The notes under the pieces were generated by a model, which was not told the origin of the DNA, did not search any database, and was given only the letters and a program-made list of their open reading frames with translations. The position numbers and the translations under genes were made by a program. From an uncultured delta proteobacterium (GTDB lineage Bacteria > Myxococcota > Myxococcia > SLRQ01), in assembly GCA_963727485.1 (NCBI GenBank), contig CAVSGM010000001.1, forward strand, positions 128,001 through 192,000: a stretch of 64,000 bases of DNA. Direction: 5' to 3'. Of this stretch, positions 49,566-60,274 are shown one piece after another (the stretch's first letter is position 1; the number at the start of each line of letters is the position of its first letter).

Positions 49566-51013
49566 GCTCGGTGAGGTGGCGCCTCGCGGCGGTGGCGGTC
49601 CTCGCCGCGGCCCTCACGGCCGCCCCGGCCCTCGCCGACGCCGCGCCCGACCAGGCGCCGGCGGACAACGCGCCGGCCCGCGACCACCCGGTCCACCCGG
49701 CGCCGCCGCCCGCCGCCAAGACCCCGCCGCCCGCCGCCAAGACCCCGCCGCCGGCCGCCAAGACCCCGCCGCCCGCTGACGACGCGATCCCCCACTTCCA
49801 CGTCTGGGGCGAGGCCGGGGTGCGGGTCCTCGACGGCGACCTCCTCGTCGCCCTGCGCCCGGGGCTGCTGGTGACCGCCCCGCGCCTGCGCCTGGTCCTC
49901 TCGCCGGTCTTCGAGGTCCGGCCGGCGCCCCTGAAGCCCGGCGGCTCGCTCCTGCGCACCGAGGACTGGGACGAGGTCACCGACTACGGGCGCATCCTCA
50001 ACCGCTTCGAGGCCTCGGACGAGGGCGGGGTGTGGGCGGTGCGCGCCGGGCGCCTCGGCGACGCGCGCCTGGGCCACGGGACGGTGGTCGACGACTACGT
50101 CACCAGCCTCGATCCCGACCACGGCCACACCGGGGCCTGGGCCACCGTCGCCGGGGACGCCGTCAGGGTGTCGATGCTCGCCGGGGAGATCCTCTCGCCC
50201 CAGGTCCTGGCGATGCACCTGGCGGTCTCGCCCCTGCGCCTCCTCTCGCCCGCGGGCTTCGCCGGGTGGCACCTGGGCCTCCTCGGCGCCGCCGACGCCC
50301 GGGCCCCGGTCGAGTTCCTCGGGGGCGCCACCTCGGTGCGCCTGCCCCGGGAGCGCCACGCCGCCGTCGCCATCGCCGGCCTCGACACCGACGTCGTCGT
50401 CTGGCGGGCCCCCTCGGGCTCGTTCGCCCCCTACGTCGACGCCAACCTCGAGGTCCTGGGGCCGCGGCAGGGCCGGGGGGCGGTGCACCTGGGCCTGCTC
50501 CTCGACCTGCGCTTCGCCGGCAACGCCAGGCTCGCCTTCAAGCTCGAGGCGAGGCGCCTCGGCAAGGGCTACCTCCCCGAGTACTTCGGGGCCACCTACT
50601 CCATCGCCCGCTACGCCTGGCCGCTGGGCGGCACCACCCCCCAGGCGGTGGCCCCGGGCCTGCCCCCGACCTGGGGCGGCCGGATCGAGGCCCAGCTGAA
50701 GGTGGGCTCGAAGGTCCGGGTGGCCCTGCGCGCCGACGGCCGGGAGGTGGGCCCCGGCGACGTGAGCCTCGACGCCGAGGTCACGGGGATCCACGGCTTC
50801 GACGCGGCGGTGCACCTGGCCCACGTGGGCTTCCACGGGTGGCGGGCCATGGCGAACGACAGCGGGTGGCTGGGCGTCGCCGAGGCCCGGTGGCACTTCG
50901 TGAAGGCGGCCTATGCGTACCTGCGCGCCGGGCGCATCTACCGGGTCGACGCGGTGACCGGCGCCTACGCCCCGACGACCGACCTGGGGCTCGGGGCCGG
51001 CGGGAGCTTCTAG
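49562..51013 (+). CDS. Putative outer-membrane beta-barrel protein
   Basis: Signal peptide, Pro-rich linker, amphipathic strands, C-terminal Phe ('LGLGAGGSF'); GTGA coupling. Confidence 0.7.
   Translation: MSSVRWRLAAVAVLAAALTAAPALADAAPDQAPADNAPARDHPVHPAPPPAAKTPPPAAKTPPPAAKTPPPADDAIPHFHVWGEAGVRVLDGDLLVALRPGLLVTAPRLRLVLSPVFEVRPAPLKPGGSLLRTEDWDEVTDYGRILNRFEASDEGGVWAVRAGRLGDARLGHGTVVDDYVTSLDPDHGHTGAWATVAGDAVRVSMLAGEILSPQVLAMHLAVSPLRLLSPAGFAGWHLGLLGAADARAPVEFLGGATSVRLPRERHAAVAIAGLDTDVVVWRAPSGSFAPYVDANLEVLGPRQGRGAVHLGLLLDLRFAGNARLAFKLEARRLGKGYLPEYFGATYSIARYAWPLGGTTPQAVAPGLPPTWGGRIEAQLKVGSKVRVALRADGREVGPGDVSLDAEVTGIHGFDAAVHLAHVGFHGWRAMANDSGWLGVAEARWHFVKAAYAYLRAGRIYRVDAVTGAYAPTTDLGLGAGGSF
49703..49776 (+). 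repeat. 21-bp in-frame tandem repeat (PPPAAKT x3.5)
   Basis: ccgccgcccgccgccaagacc at 49703, 49724 and 49745 (1 mismatch), partial copy at 49766. Confidence 0.9.
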
Positions 51014-51020
51014 GCGCCCC

Positions 51021-51735
51021 TCACCCCCCGCTGCCGTGGAACTTGTCGCGCTCGTCGCGGAACAGGACGTTGAAGCTGGTCAGCAATCCGTAGCACCGGG
51101 TGATGTACGCCTCGAGCTCGACCTTCTCCGCCTCGGTGAGCGTCTTGTGGCTGTTGAGCTTCGCCTCCAGCACCCGGAGCTGGTCGCGGATCCGGACGAT
51201 CTTCTTGAACAGGGCGTCCAGGTCCATCTCCTTGGGCTGGGTGTCGTTGCCCGGCTTGAGGACCAGGGTGCCGCCCTCCCACTTGCCGGCCAGCTCCGGG
51301 AGGGGGCCGGCCTCGAGGGCCTCGCGGACGATCTCGATGAGCTCGCTTCGGGTCATGTCGGAGAGGTCTCCCAGGTCGACGTCGGGATCCGGCCGCGGGG
51401 GCCGGGGGACGGTGGCGGAGGTGGAGGCGGCGCCGGCGGTCGGGGCGCCGGCGTGGCGGACCCGGGGGCCCACGGTGCGGGCCCGGCGCCGGCGGCTCGG
51501 CTCGGTGGGGGGCGCCGAGGGGATCTCGGAGCCCCGGGCGAGGAAGCGGTCGCAGGCCGGGGCGGTGGCCGGGAGGTCGCCGCGGTCCGGGCGCAGCCGG
51601 CAGTGGCAGACCCAGCGATCGCGGTCGTCGCGCCACAGGGCCTTCCACACCAGGCAGTTGCCGCAGAGGCGGGCGCCGGGGGCGAGGCCGGCGGTGGCCT
51701 CGGCGAGGGGATTCCGGCGGCGGGGCGTCGTCCAT
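51021..51735 (-). CDS. Conserved hypothetical protein with Cys-rich N-terminus and helical C-domain, frameshift ~51720
   Basis: 'CGNCLVW...CHC...ACDRF' and 'WEGGTLVLKPG...KIVRIRDQLRVLE..LN....YITRCYG.LTSFNVLF'. Confidence 0.75.
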
Positions 51736-51783
51736 CGTCGGCGACGGTACGCAGGGGCGCCGCTCAGGTCAACGGAGGGCGGC

Positions 51784-52725
51784 TCACGGCAGGGCGGCGA
51801 GGCCGGCGGTGAGGGCCAGGGTCAGCGCGCAGCCCACGCCGAGGGCGATCGCCGCCGCCTCGGCCCGGCCCCGGGGCGAGGCCCGACCCGGGAGGAGCGC
51901 CGCCGAGGGCAGGGCCGAGGCGGCCGCGGCGGCGAGGCCGGGGAGGGCGATCGCCGGGGCGAAGGGGGCGAAGGTCCCGAGGAGCCCCAGGGCCACCGAC
52001 CCGAGGACCAGGCCGGCGGCCGCCCCGGCGAGGCGGGGGCCGGCGCGCCCCGGGCGATCGCGGAGGTGGCCGGCGAAGGTCGCCGCGGGGATCGCCAGGA
52101 CCGGGAGCACCAGGCCGGCGGTGCCGGCGCCGGCGAGCCCCGGGACCGCGGCGGCGGCCAGCGCCAGGACCGTGGCCCCGGCGGCGAGGCCGTGCTCGGG
52201 GCCCCGGCCCGCCCGGGGGCGCCGGAGGAGGCCCGGGATCGCCAGCACCACCCAGGGCGCCCCGAGGGCCAGGGCCCCGAGGTGGGCGGCGAGGGCGCCG
52301 GCGGCGGCGTCGGCGGACGGCGGGGCCAGGGCGTGGCGCCAGGCGGCGGCGCCCACCAGGAGCCCGGCGCCGGTGACGACCCCGGCGACCCGCAGGAGCC
52401 GCCCGCTGCCCGGGCCGGCGGCCAGGAGGCACAGGCCCACCGCGAGCGAGAGCGGGGTGAGCACCGGGAGGCTCCCGAGGACCAGGGCCACGGTGGCGAG
52501 GTCCACGGCGAAGCGGTTGTCGGCGTGGGCCCGGAGGCGCCGGCGCAGGCCCCAGGCCAGCGCCAGGAGGAGGAGGGCGAAGGCCGCCTTCCCCGTGGGC
52601 AGGCCCCCGATCGCCTGGGGGATCGCCGCCGGCAGGGGCAGGGCGGCGAGGTGGGCCGGCGCCGGGGGCCACAGCAGCGCCCCGGCCAGGGCGAGCAGCG
52701 GCCAGGGGTCGAGGCGACGGATCAC
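51784..52725 (-). CDS. Ala/Leu/Gly-rich polytopic membrane protein
   Basis: Many hydrophobic segments; TACCCT 7 nt before GTG. Confidence 0.55.
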   Translation of the reverse strand: MIRRLDPWPLLALAGALLWPPAPAHLAALPLPAAIPQAIGGLPTGKAAFALLLLALAWGLRRRLRAHADNRFAVDLATVALVLGSLPVLTPLSLAVGLCLLAAGPGSGRLLRVAGVVTGAGLLVGAAAWRHALAPPSADAAAGALAAHLGALALGAPWVVLAIPGLLRRPRAGRGPEHGLAAGATVLALAAAAVPGLAGAGTAGLVLPVLAIPAATFAGHLRDRPGRAGPRLAGAAAGLVLGSVALGLLGTFAPFAPAIALPGLAAAAASALPSAALLPGRASPRGRAEAAAIALGVGCALTLALTAGLAALP

Positions 52726-52766
52726 GGAGGTGAGGGTAGCGGGCCGGGGATCGGGCCGCCAACCCC

Positions 52767-52805
52767 TTGACGATCCAGGATCGGAAGTCTATACGTTCGT
52801 TCAGT
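52767..52805 (+). promoter_or_regulatory. recA promoter with Myxococcus-type LexA (SOS) box
   Basis: TTGACG 52767-52772, TATACG 52790-52795; CTATACGTTCGTTCAGT (52789-52805) fits 16/17 positions of the M. xanthus consensus CTRHAMRYBYGTTCAGS. Confidence 0.85.
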
Positions 52806-52908
52806 GTTGGCGGTCGCGCCCCCGGTGTCAGGGGGGGCCGGTAGACTCCTCGCCGAATCATCGGAACGCCACTCGAAACGCTCCCACTCACGCACGAGGA
52901 CAGCTCCC

Positions 52909-53996
<1,088 letters not shown>

Positions 53997-54068
53997 GGCG
54001 GCGGATCCCCACCGACTTGCGAGCGGGTCACCCGCGGCCGGCCGCGTGCTCGGGCACCGAGAGGTGCT

Positions 54069-54395
54069 TCAGAGGGCGCGGTCGGCTTTCGCCGCGAGGA
54101 CGAAGTCGCTCTCGGTGAGGCCGTCGATCTTGTGGGTCCAGAGGTCCAGGCGGACCCGGCCCCAGGTGAGGAAGACGTCCGGGTGGTGGCCCTCTTCCTC
54201 GGCGATGGCGCCGACCCGGTTCACGAAGTCCAGGGCCGGCTGGAAGCCGTCGAAGCGGTAGGTCTTCGTCAGGTGATGGCCGTCCTCCACGGTCCAGTCG
54301 CCGCCGAGCTCGCCGAGGAGGCGCTGCTGCTCGTCCTCGGGCAGGGGCGGGACGCCGCCGCGGCAGGGCACGCACTTCAGGCTCGCGAAATCCAT
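54069..54395 (-). CDS. phhB: Pterin-4-alpha-carbinolamine dehydratase
   Basis: 'CVPCRGG', 'AEEEGHHPD', '[18 protein letters not shown]'. Confidence 0.93.
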   Translation of the reverse strand: MDFASLKCVPCRGGVPPLPEDEQQRLLGELGGDWTVEDGHHLTKTYRFDGFQPALDFVNRVGAIAEEEGHHPDVFLTWGRVRLDLWTHKIDGLTESDFVLAAKADRAL

Positions 54396-54508
54396 GGTCG
54401 CTCCTCGGCTGGAAGGGCGGCGGCCGGGGTTCGGCGCCGACGGGGTCGAACATGGCCCGGAGGGGCGCCGCTTGCCAGCCCCGGGGCCGGCGGGGAGAAT
54501 GCGCCGCC

Positions 54509-55603
54509 ATGAAGCAGGTCAGGGCAGCGGTCGTCGGGGCCACCGGGTACACGGGCGTCGAGCTCCTCCGCATCCTCGAGGGGCACCCGGGGGCCGAGGT
54601 CGTCGCGGCCACCGCCCGGGCCGAGGTGGGGACGCCGCTGCGCCGGGTGTTTCCCCAGCTCGGGCCCGGCGCCGGAGACCGGGTCCTCGAGGCCTTCGAC
54701 GCCGACCACCTCGCCGAGGTCGCCGACGTCGCCTTCCTCTGCCTGCCCCACGCCGCCGCCGCCGAGCACGCCGTCGCCCTCCTCGACCGGGGGCTGGTGG
54801 TCATCGACCTCTCCGCCGACTTCCGCCTCCGGGACGCCGCGGTCTACGAGAAGTGGTACGGCGCCCACCCCTGCCCCGAGCGGCTCTCCGACGCGGTCTA
54901 CGGCCTCCCCGAGCGCTACCGGGACGACCTGCGCACCGCCCGGCTCATCGCCAGCCCCGGGTGCTACCCCACCGCGACCCTCCTGGCGGTGCTCCCCCTG
55001 GTCGAGGCCGGGTGGGTCGACGCGAGGGGTGTCATCGCCGACTGCAAGAGCGGGGTCACCGGCGCCGGGCGGAGCCCCCGGGTCTCGAGCCTCCTCGCCG
55101 AGGCCGGCGAGGCGGTGAGCGCCTACGGCGTCGGCGGCCACCGCCACGCCCCGGAGATCGCCCAGGAGCTCGCCCGGGCCGCCGGGGCCCCCGTGCCCCT
55201 GACCTTCACCCCCCACCTGATGCCCATGGCCCGGGGCATCCTGGCGACCGTCTACGTCGACCTCGAGGCCCGGGACGGCGGCGGCGCCGGGGCGTCTGCG
55301 GGGGACAGCCGCGCGGCCGCCCTCGACGCCGAGAACCTCACGGAGATCTACCGGGCCCGGTACGCCGACGAGCCCTTCGTCGACGTCCTCCCCCCAGGCG
55401 AGGTCCCCTCCACCGGCCACGTCCGGGGCTCCAACCGGTGCGCGGTGGCGGTGACCCGCCACCCCGAGACCGGGAAGGTCATCGCCCTCTCGGCCATCGA
55501 CAACCTGGTGAAGGGCGCCGCCGGCCAGGCGGTGCAGTCGATGAACCTGCGCTTCGGCCTCGACGAGGCCGCCGGGCTCACCGGCCTCGGCCTCTTTCCC
55601 TGA
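54509..55603 (+). CDS. argC: N-acetyl-gamma-glutamyl-phosphate reductase
   Basis: 'GATGYTGVEL', 'DLSADFRL', 'PGCYPT', 'HRHAPEI', 'IDNLVKGAAGQAVQ'. Confidence 0.96.
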   Translation: MKQVRAAVVGATGYTGVELLRILEGHPGAEVVAATARAEVGTPLRRVFPQLGPGAGDRVLEAFDADHLAEVADVAFLCLPHAAAAEHAVALLDRGLVVIDLSADFRLRDAAVYEKWYGAHPCPERLSDAVYGLPERYRDDLRTARLIASPGCYPTATLLAVLPLVEAGWVDARGVIADCKSGVTGAGRSPRVSSLLAEAGEAVSAYGVGGHRHAPEIAQELARAAGAPVPLTFTPHLMPMARGILATVYVDLEARDGGGAGASAGDSRAAALDAENLTEIYRARYADEPFVDVLPPGEVPSTGHVRGSNRCAVAVTRHPETGKVIALSAIDNLVKGAAGQAVQSMNLRFGLDEAAGLTGLGLFP

Positions 55604-55631
55604 GCCGCGGGCGACGCAGGCCGCCCGCGGC
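55604..55631. terminator. Perfect 10-bp hairpin between convergent argC and the HEAT lipoprotein gene
   Basis: GCCGCGGGCG-N8-CGCCCGCGGC; no U-tract. Confidence 0.5.
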
Positions 55632-55641
55632 AGGTGCGCCG

Positions 55642-57324
55642 CTACTTCGCCGCGGTCTTCGCCGAGCCCGCCCCCCCGGCGGCCCGGCGGGCGCGCAGGG
55701 CCAGGCGCTTGACGTCCTCGTCGGCCTTCACGAAGTGGCTCTGCTGGCTCTCGACCTTGAGCAGCGCGTCGAGGCGGTCGGCGACCTCCTTGGCGGTGGC
55801 CGGCGCCGGGGTCTTGGTGTCGTCGCCGAAGAGGAGCTGCTCGATGGCCTGCATCTCGGCCCACTTGGCCTCGAGGTCGTCGTCCTTCACCGCGGCGAGC
55901 AGCGCGCCGAGGGTCTTGGGGTCGCGGATCATCCCCAGCTCCCAGGCGGCCTTCTCGCGCACCCGGCCGTTCTTGTCGGTGAGCTTGCCCGCCCAGCAGG
56001 CGGCGTCGCGCTTGCACTTCTGGGCGGCCACCAGCATCGGCCGGTAGCGGGTGACGTCGTCGTCGTAGGTCTTGATGAGGTTCCGGCAGTTCTTGGCGAT
56101 GGCCTTCTGGTCGCCCTGGAACCAGTTGGTGCAGACCTTGAGCAGGTTGTTCTTCTTGGTCACCGCGTCGTAGCGGGCGAGGTCGGCGGCGCCGCCGAGG
56201 CGCGCCAGCGACTCCTGGGCGTCCTGGCGGGCGGGGTAGCCCTGGCCGGTGAGGGCCGACTTCTCCAGGGCCGGGATGGCGCCGCGCTCGCCCATGAGCA
56301 CCAGGGCCTTGGCGTAGGTGTCGCGGGCGGTGACGTCCTCCTCGCCGAGCATCTTCTCGATGTCCCGGGCGGCCTTCCGGGCCCGCAGCCGCCCCAGGCT
56401 CTGGGCGGCTTGCATCCGCACCGCCAGCTCGAGCTGGGCCTCCTCGTTCTTGTAGCCGAGGCGCTTCATCAGGGCCCCGTCGGCGCGGCGGTCGGCCAGG
56501 TCCCCGAGGAGCTGGGCGCTCTTGGCGTAGATCGCCGCGTCGTAGATGCCCTTGTCCTTGGCCCACTTCATCAGCTGGGCGTCCTTGCCCGCGAGGATCT
56601 GCACCAGGGTGGGCACCGCCGCGTCGCCGAGCTGGAAGAGGGCGAAGCTCGTCTCCCGGTAGAAGGACACGCCGCCCCGCTCCATGAACAGCGCCTTGAC
56701 CAGCACCGGCATCGCCGACGGGTCCTGGATGTTGCCGAGCGCCACGATGGCGTGCTTGACGATGAAGTTGTCGACGCCGGGGTTCTCCACCAGGTCGGCC
56801 AGGGGCTTGACCGCGTCCTTGCCCCCGGCGTGACCGAGGGCCTCCACCGCGGCGAGGGCGGTGAAGCTGTCCCGGCTCCGGGAGAGCTTGAGGAGGGCGG
56901 GCATCGCCTGGGTGTCGCCGAGGCGCCCGAGGGCCTGGGCGATCTGGCCGTTGGCCCGGCTCGCCTCCTTGTCGGCCACCGCCGCCGAGTAGTCGATGGC
57001 GTCGATGAGGGGCGACACCGCCCGCTTGTCGCCGATCTCGCCGAGGAGGTAGGCCGCCGGGCCGCGGACCACCGGGTCCTGCTTGAGGAGCGGGAGGAGC
57101 GCCGGGACGTCGCCCTTGAGGTCCTTGCCCGCCTTGAGCTGCTTGAGGGCCAGGCGCTTGAGGCTGTTCGTCGCCTTCTTGACCTCGGCGGGCCGCTTGA
57201 GGGTCGGGATCCGCTTGGCCCAGCCGGCGACGGTGGTCGGCGGCTTGGAGGTGCAGCCGGCGGCGAGGCCCACGACCGCGATGGAGGCGAGGACGATCCG
57301 GAGACGACGGGACACAACCTGCAT
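55642..57324 (-). CDS. HEAT/PBS-repeat lipoprotein
   Basis: Lipobox LAAGC; repeated 'A..LG..GD..A...L' units. Confidence 0.85.
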   Translation of the reverse strand: MQVVSRRLRIVLASIAVVGLAAGCTSKPPTTVAGWAKRIPTLKRPAEVKKATNSLKRLALKQLKAGKDLKGDVPALLPLLKQDPVVRGPAAYLLGEIGDKRAVSPLIDAIDYSAAVADKEASRANGQIAQALGRLGDTQAMPALLKLSRSRDSFTALAAVEALGHAGGKDAVKPLADLVENPGVDNFIVKHAIVALGNIQDPSAMPVLVKALFMERGGVSFYRETSFALFQLGDAAVPTLVQILAGKDAQLMKWAKDKGIYDAAIYAKSAQLLGDLADRRADGALMKRLGYKNEEAQLELAVRMQAAQSLGRLRARKAARDIEKMLGEEDVTARDTYAKALVLMGERGAIPALEKSALTGQGYPARQDAQESLARLGGAADLARYDAVTKKNNLLKVCTNWFQGDQKAIAKNCRNLIKTYDDDVTRYRPMLVAAQKCKRDAACWAGKLTDKNGRVREKAAWELGMIRDPKTLGALLAAVKDDDLEAKWAEMQAIEQLLFGDDTKTPAPATAKEVADRLDALLKVESQQSHFVKADEDVKRLALRARRAAGGAGSAKTAAK

Positions 57325-57367
57325 GGCGCTCCCCCTGGGGACGAGGTGGATTGCCACTCCTATACCA

Positions 57368-58470
57368 TCAGCCCTGGGAGGTCACGGTCTCCAAATCCAG
57401 GAGCGCCGCCCGGATGACCCCGACGATGCGCTTGTTCTTGGGAATCCCTTCTGCATCCCCATGAGGACCGGGACCACGCTGGTGTCGCCGCAGCGCCCGA
57501 GGCTCATGGCCGCATAGCCCCGCAGGCCCACGTCCGGGTCCTCGAGGACGTGCTCGAGCACCGACACCGCCCGGGGGCCACCGGCGAAGCCCAGGAGCAG
57601 GATGGCCTTGGCCCGGGCGTCCCGGTCGACGAGGCCCTGCTCGTGCTTCACCAGGTCCTCGACGTCGAGGAGGTGGCTCATGGCCGTGAGGCTCCCGGCC
57701 GCCGCCACCTGCACCTCCGGCGCCTCGAGGGGCGCGGCCAGGCGGTCGGCGAGGGGGTCGATGAACCGGGGGTCGGGGTAGTGCCCGGCCAGGGTCGCCG
57801 CCTCGGCCCGGACCCGGTAGCTGGGATCGGAGAGGGCCCCGAGGAGGAGGCCGACCGCCTGCGCGCGGGGCCAGGTGCCCAGCACCTTGGCCACCGCCGA
57901 GCGCACCCCGGCGTCGGGGTCGCCGAGGAACTCGACCAGGGCCCGGCGGGCCTCGGGGCGGTGGATGTCCCCGAGCGCCGCCACCGCGACCCGGCGGACC
58001 CGCGGGGCGTCGTGGTGGGTGGCCTCCTCGAGGTAGGGGATGGCCCGGGGGCCGGCGAGGTCCTTGACCGCCCGGGCGGCGGCGTCGCGGACGAAGCCGT
58101 CGTCGTCCTCGAGGCCCCGGAGCAGGGGCACCACGCCCCGGGGGCTCCCGAGGTGGCCGATGGCCAGGGCCGCGGCGCCCCGGACCAGGTTCGAGGGGTC
58201 CGAGAGCATCGCCTGGCGGAGGACGGCGAGGTCGTGGTCGGCGTCGCCCCGGCGGCCGAGGATCAGGGCGGCCTCCATCCGGACCTTGAAGGCGTCGGCG
58301 TTGGCGAGGACGGTGTGGAGCTTGTGCCGGGCGCCGGCGTCGAGGTGGCCTCCGGCGGGGGCGGCGGCGGGGGTCGGGCTCCCGCCGGGGGCCGCGTCGG
58401 CGGCGATCGCCGGAGCGGCGGGGAGGAGGAGGCAGACCGCGAGGCAGGGAAGCAGGGCTCGGATGGGCAT
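57368..58470 (-). CDS. Secreted HEAT/PBS-repeat protein, probable frameshift ~57445
   Basis: Signal peptide; 'D....VR..AA.ALG' repeats; plausible C-terminus 'NKRIVGVIRAALLDL' lies in an adjacent frame. Confidence 0.8.
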
Positions 58471-58493
58471 CGGGCGCTCCGGGGTGGCGGGGC

Positions 58494-59057
58494 CTAGACG
58501 CCCTGGGTGGTGGCACCGGCCACCGACTGCCGCTTCCGGTCGCGGATGCTCTTGAGGCTCGCCAGGACCTCGGCGTCGGCCCCGCTCCCCTCGAGGGTGG
58601 TGATGGCCGCCTCCAGGCGCTCGGCCTCGGAGAGGTCCCGGGCCTTGAGGCTCTCCACCGCCTTCTCCAGGCTGGCGAAGAAGCCCTTGAGCTCGTCCCG
58701 CTTCCGCAGGGGGCGCAGGTTCGGGTAGGCGCCGTCGGCGACCACGTCGAGGTAGCGCTCCATCACGAAGGCCGGCCCGGCCACCCGGTGGGTGATGAGC
58801 ACCCCCAAAAGCCCCAGCGCCGCCATCATCAGCAGGGTCACGCCCACGTAGAGCCATAGGAGGTGCTGATCGGCCGCCATCACCTGGCTCTTGAGCCCGC
58901 TGTCCGCGAGATCGAGCATCTCGGTGTTGGTCTTGTGCGCCTCCCACATCCACGAGGTGAAGAGCAGGGAGATGGCCCCGCCCACGAAGGCGATGAGCAG
59001 CGTGTACTTGAGCTGGAACGATCGGTCGACGATGTATTGACGACGACGCTGCGCCAT
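58494..59057 (-). CDS. Two-TM HAMP-domain protein without output domain
   Basis: 'RRQYIVDRSFQLKY', two TMs, 'THRVAGP...LRKRDEL' HAMP, short coiled coil. Confidence 0.8.
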   Translation of the reverse strand: MAQRRRQYIVDRSFQLKYTLLIAFVGGAISLLFTSWMWEAHKTNTEMLDLADSGLKSQVMAADQHLLWLYVGVTLLMMAALGLLGVLITHRVAGPAFVMERYLDVVADGAYPNLRPLRKRDELKGFFASLEKAVESLKARDLSEAERLEAAITTLEGSGADAEVLASLKSIRDRKRQSVAGATTQGV

Positions 59058-59107
59058 GGGTGTCTCCGGAGGTGAGGGTGACGGGACATCCTACGACAGG
59101 GGAGGCG

Positions 59108-60262
59108 ATGTACCCAAGACGCGAGGCCCTCGAGGCGGTGTTCCGGGCGGCGGTCGACGCCGTGGACGGGGCCCGGCTCACCGGGGCGGCGCTCCGGCGG
59201 GCGCCCCTCGCAGGCCCGGTGTGGGTGCTGGGGCTGGGCAAGGTCGCCGGGGCCATGGCCGAGGGGGCGGTGCGGGTCCTGGGTGACGCCGCCGAGCGGG
59301 TGGTGCTGGCAACGGCGGCCGGGGCCCCGACCCCCGCCGGGGCCGAGGTCCTCCTCGGCGAGCACCCCCTGCCGGGCCCCGGGAGCCTCGCCGCCGGCCG
59401 GCGGCTGTTGGAGGTGGCCGCCGAGGCTCGCGCCCGGGGGGCGAGGTGCCTGGTGCTGGTCAGCGGCGGCGGGTCGTCCCTGGCGGAGGTCCCGGCGCCG
59501 GGCCTCGACCTCGAGGAGGTGGCGGCGGCCCACCGGCGGCTGCTGGCCAGCGGCGCGCCCATCGGCGAGATCAACGCCGCGCGCCAGCGCCTCTCGGCGC
59601 TCAAGGGTGGGGGGCTCGCCCGGGCCCTGGGGCCGGCCCTGGCCCGGGTCCTGGTGCTGGCCGACGTGCCGAGCGGGCGGGCCGGGGAGGTGGCCTCGGG
59701 GCCCTGCGACCTGGGGCCCCACGCGCCCTTCGACACCGAGGTCCTCGCCACCCCCGGCGACCTCGCCGCCGCCGCCGCCGAGGCCGCGCGGGCTCGGGGC
59801 CTGGCGCCGGTGGTGCTCCGGCCCGCCGCGGATCCGGTCCCGGGCCGGGTCGCCACGGCCACGGTGGACGCCCTCGCCGCCGAGATCGGCGCGCACCTCA
59901 CCGGCGGCGCCGGGCTGTGGATCGCCGCCGGGGAGGTGGGGGTCGCGCGGCCCGGGGACGGCGCGGGGCAGGGCGGACGGGCCACCCACCTCGCCGCCGC
60001 GGTGCTCCAGGCCATGGCCGGCGCCGCGCGCCCCTTCGCCTTCCTCGCCGGGGCCAGCGACGGCCGGGACGGCGACGGCGGCGGGGGCGCCGCGGTGGAC
60101 GGCGACACCGCCTGCGATCCCGAGGACCTCGCCGGGGCCCTGGCGCGCTTCGACACCGGCCCCCTCCACCGGCGCCTGGGCACGGCCCTCGGAGGCTTCC
60201 CCCCGCGCACCAACCTCACCGACCTCTACCTCGCCCTCGCGCCGGCGGGCCCCATGGACTAA
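59108..60262 (+). CDS. Glycerate kinase-like (DUF4147/MOFRL) protein
   Basis: 'GLGKVA..MA', 'EHPLP', 'LVSGGGSSL', 'R..LSALKGGGL', 'SDGRDG', 'TNLTDL'. Confidence 0.82.
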   Translation: MYPRREALEAVFRAAVDAVDGARLTGAALRRAPLAGPVWVLGLGKVAGAMAEGAVRVLGDAAERVVLATAAGAPTPAGAEVLLGEHPLPGPGSLAAGRRLLEVAAEARARGARCLVLVSGGGSSLAEVPAPGLDLEEVAAAHRRLLASGAPIGEINAARQRLSALKGGGLARALGPALARVLVLADVPSGRAGEVASGPCDLGPHAPFDTEVLATPGDLAAAAAEAARARGLAPVVLRPAADPVPGRVATATVDALAAEIGAHLTGGAGLWIAAGEVGVARPGDGAGQGGRATHLAAAVLQAMAGAARPFAFLAGASDGRDGDGGGGAAVDGDTACDPEDLAGALARFDTGPLHRRLGTALGGFPPRTNLTDLYLALAPAGPMD

Positions 60263-60274
60263 GGTGCGCCGCCC

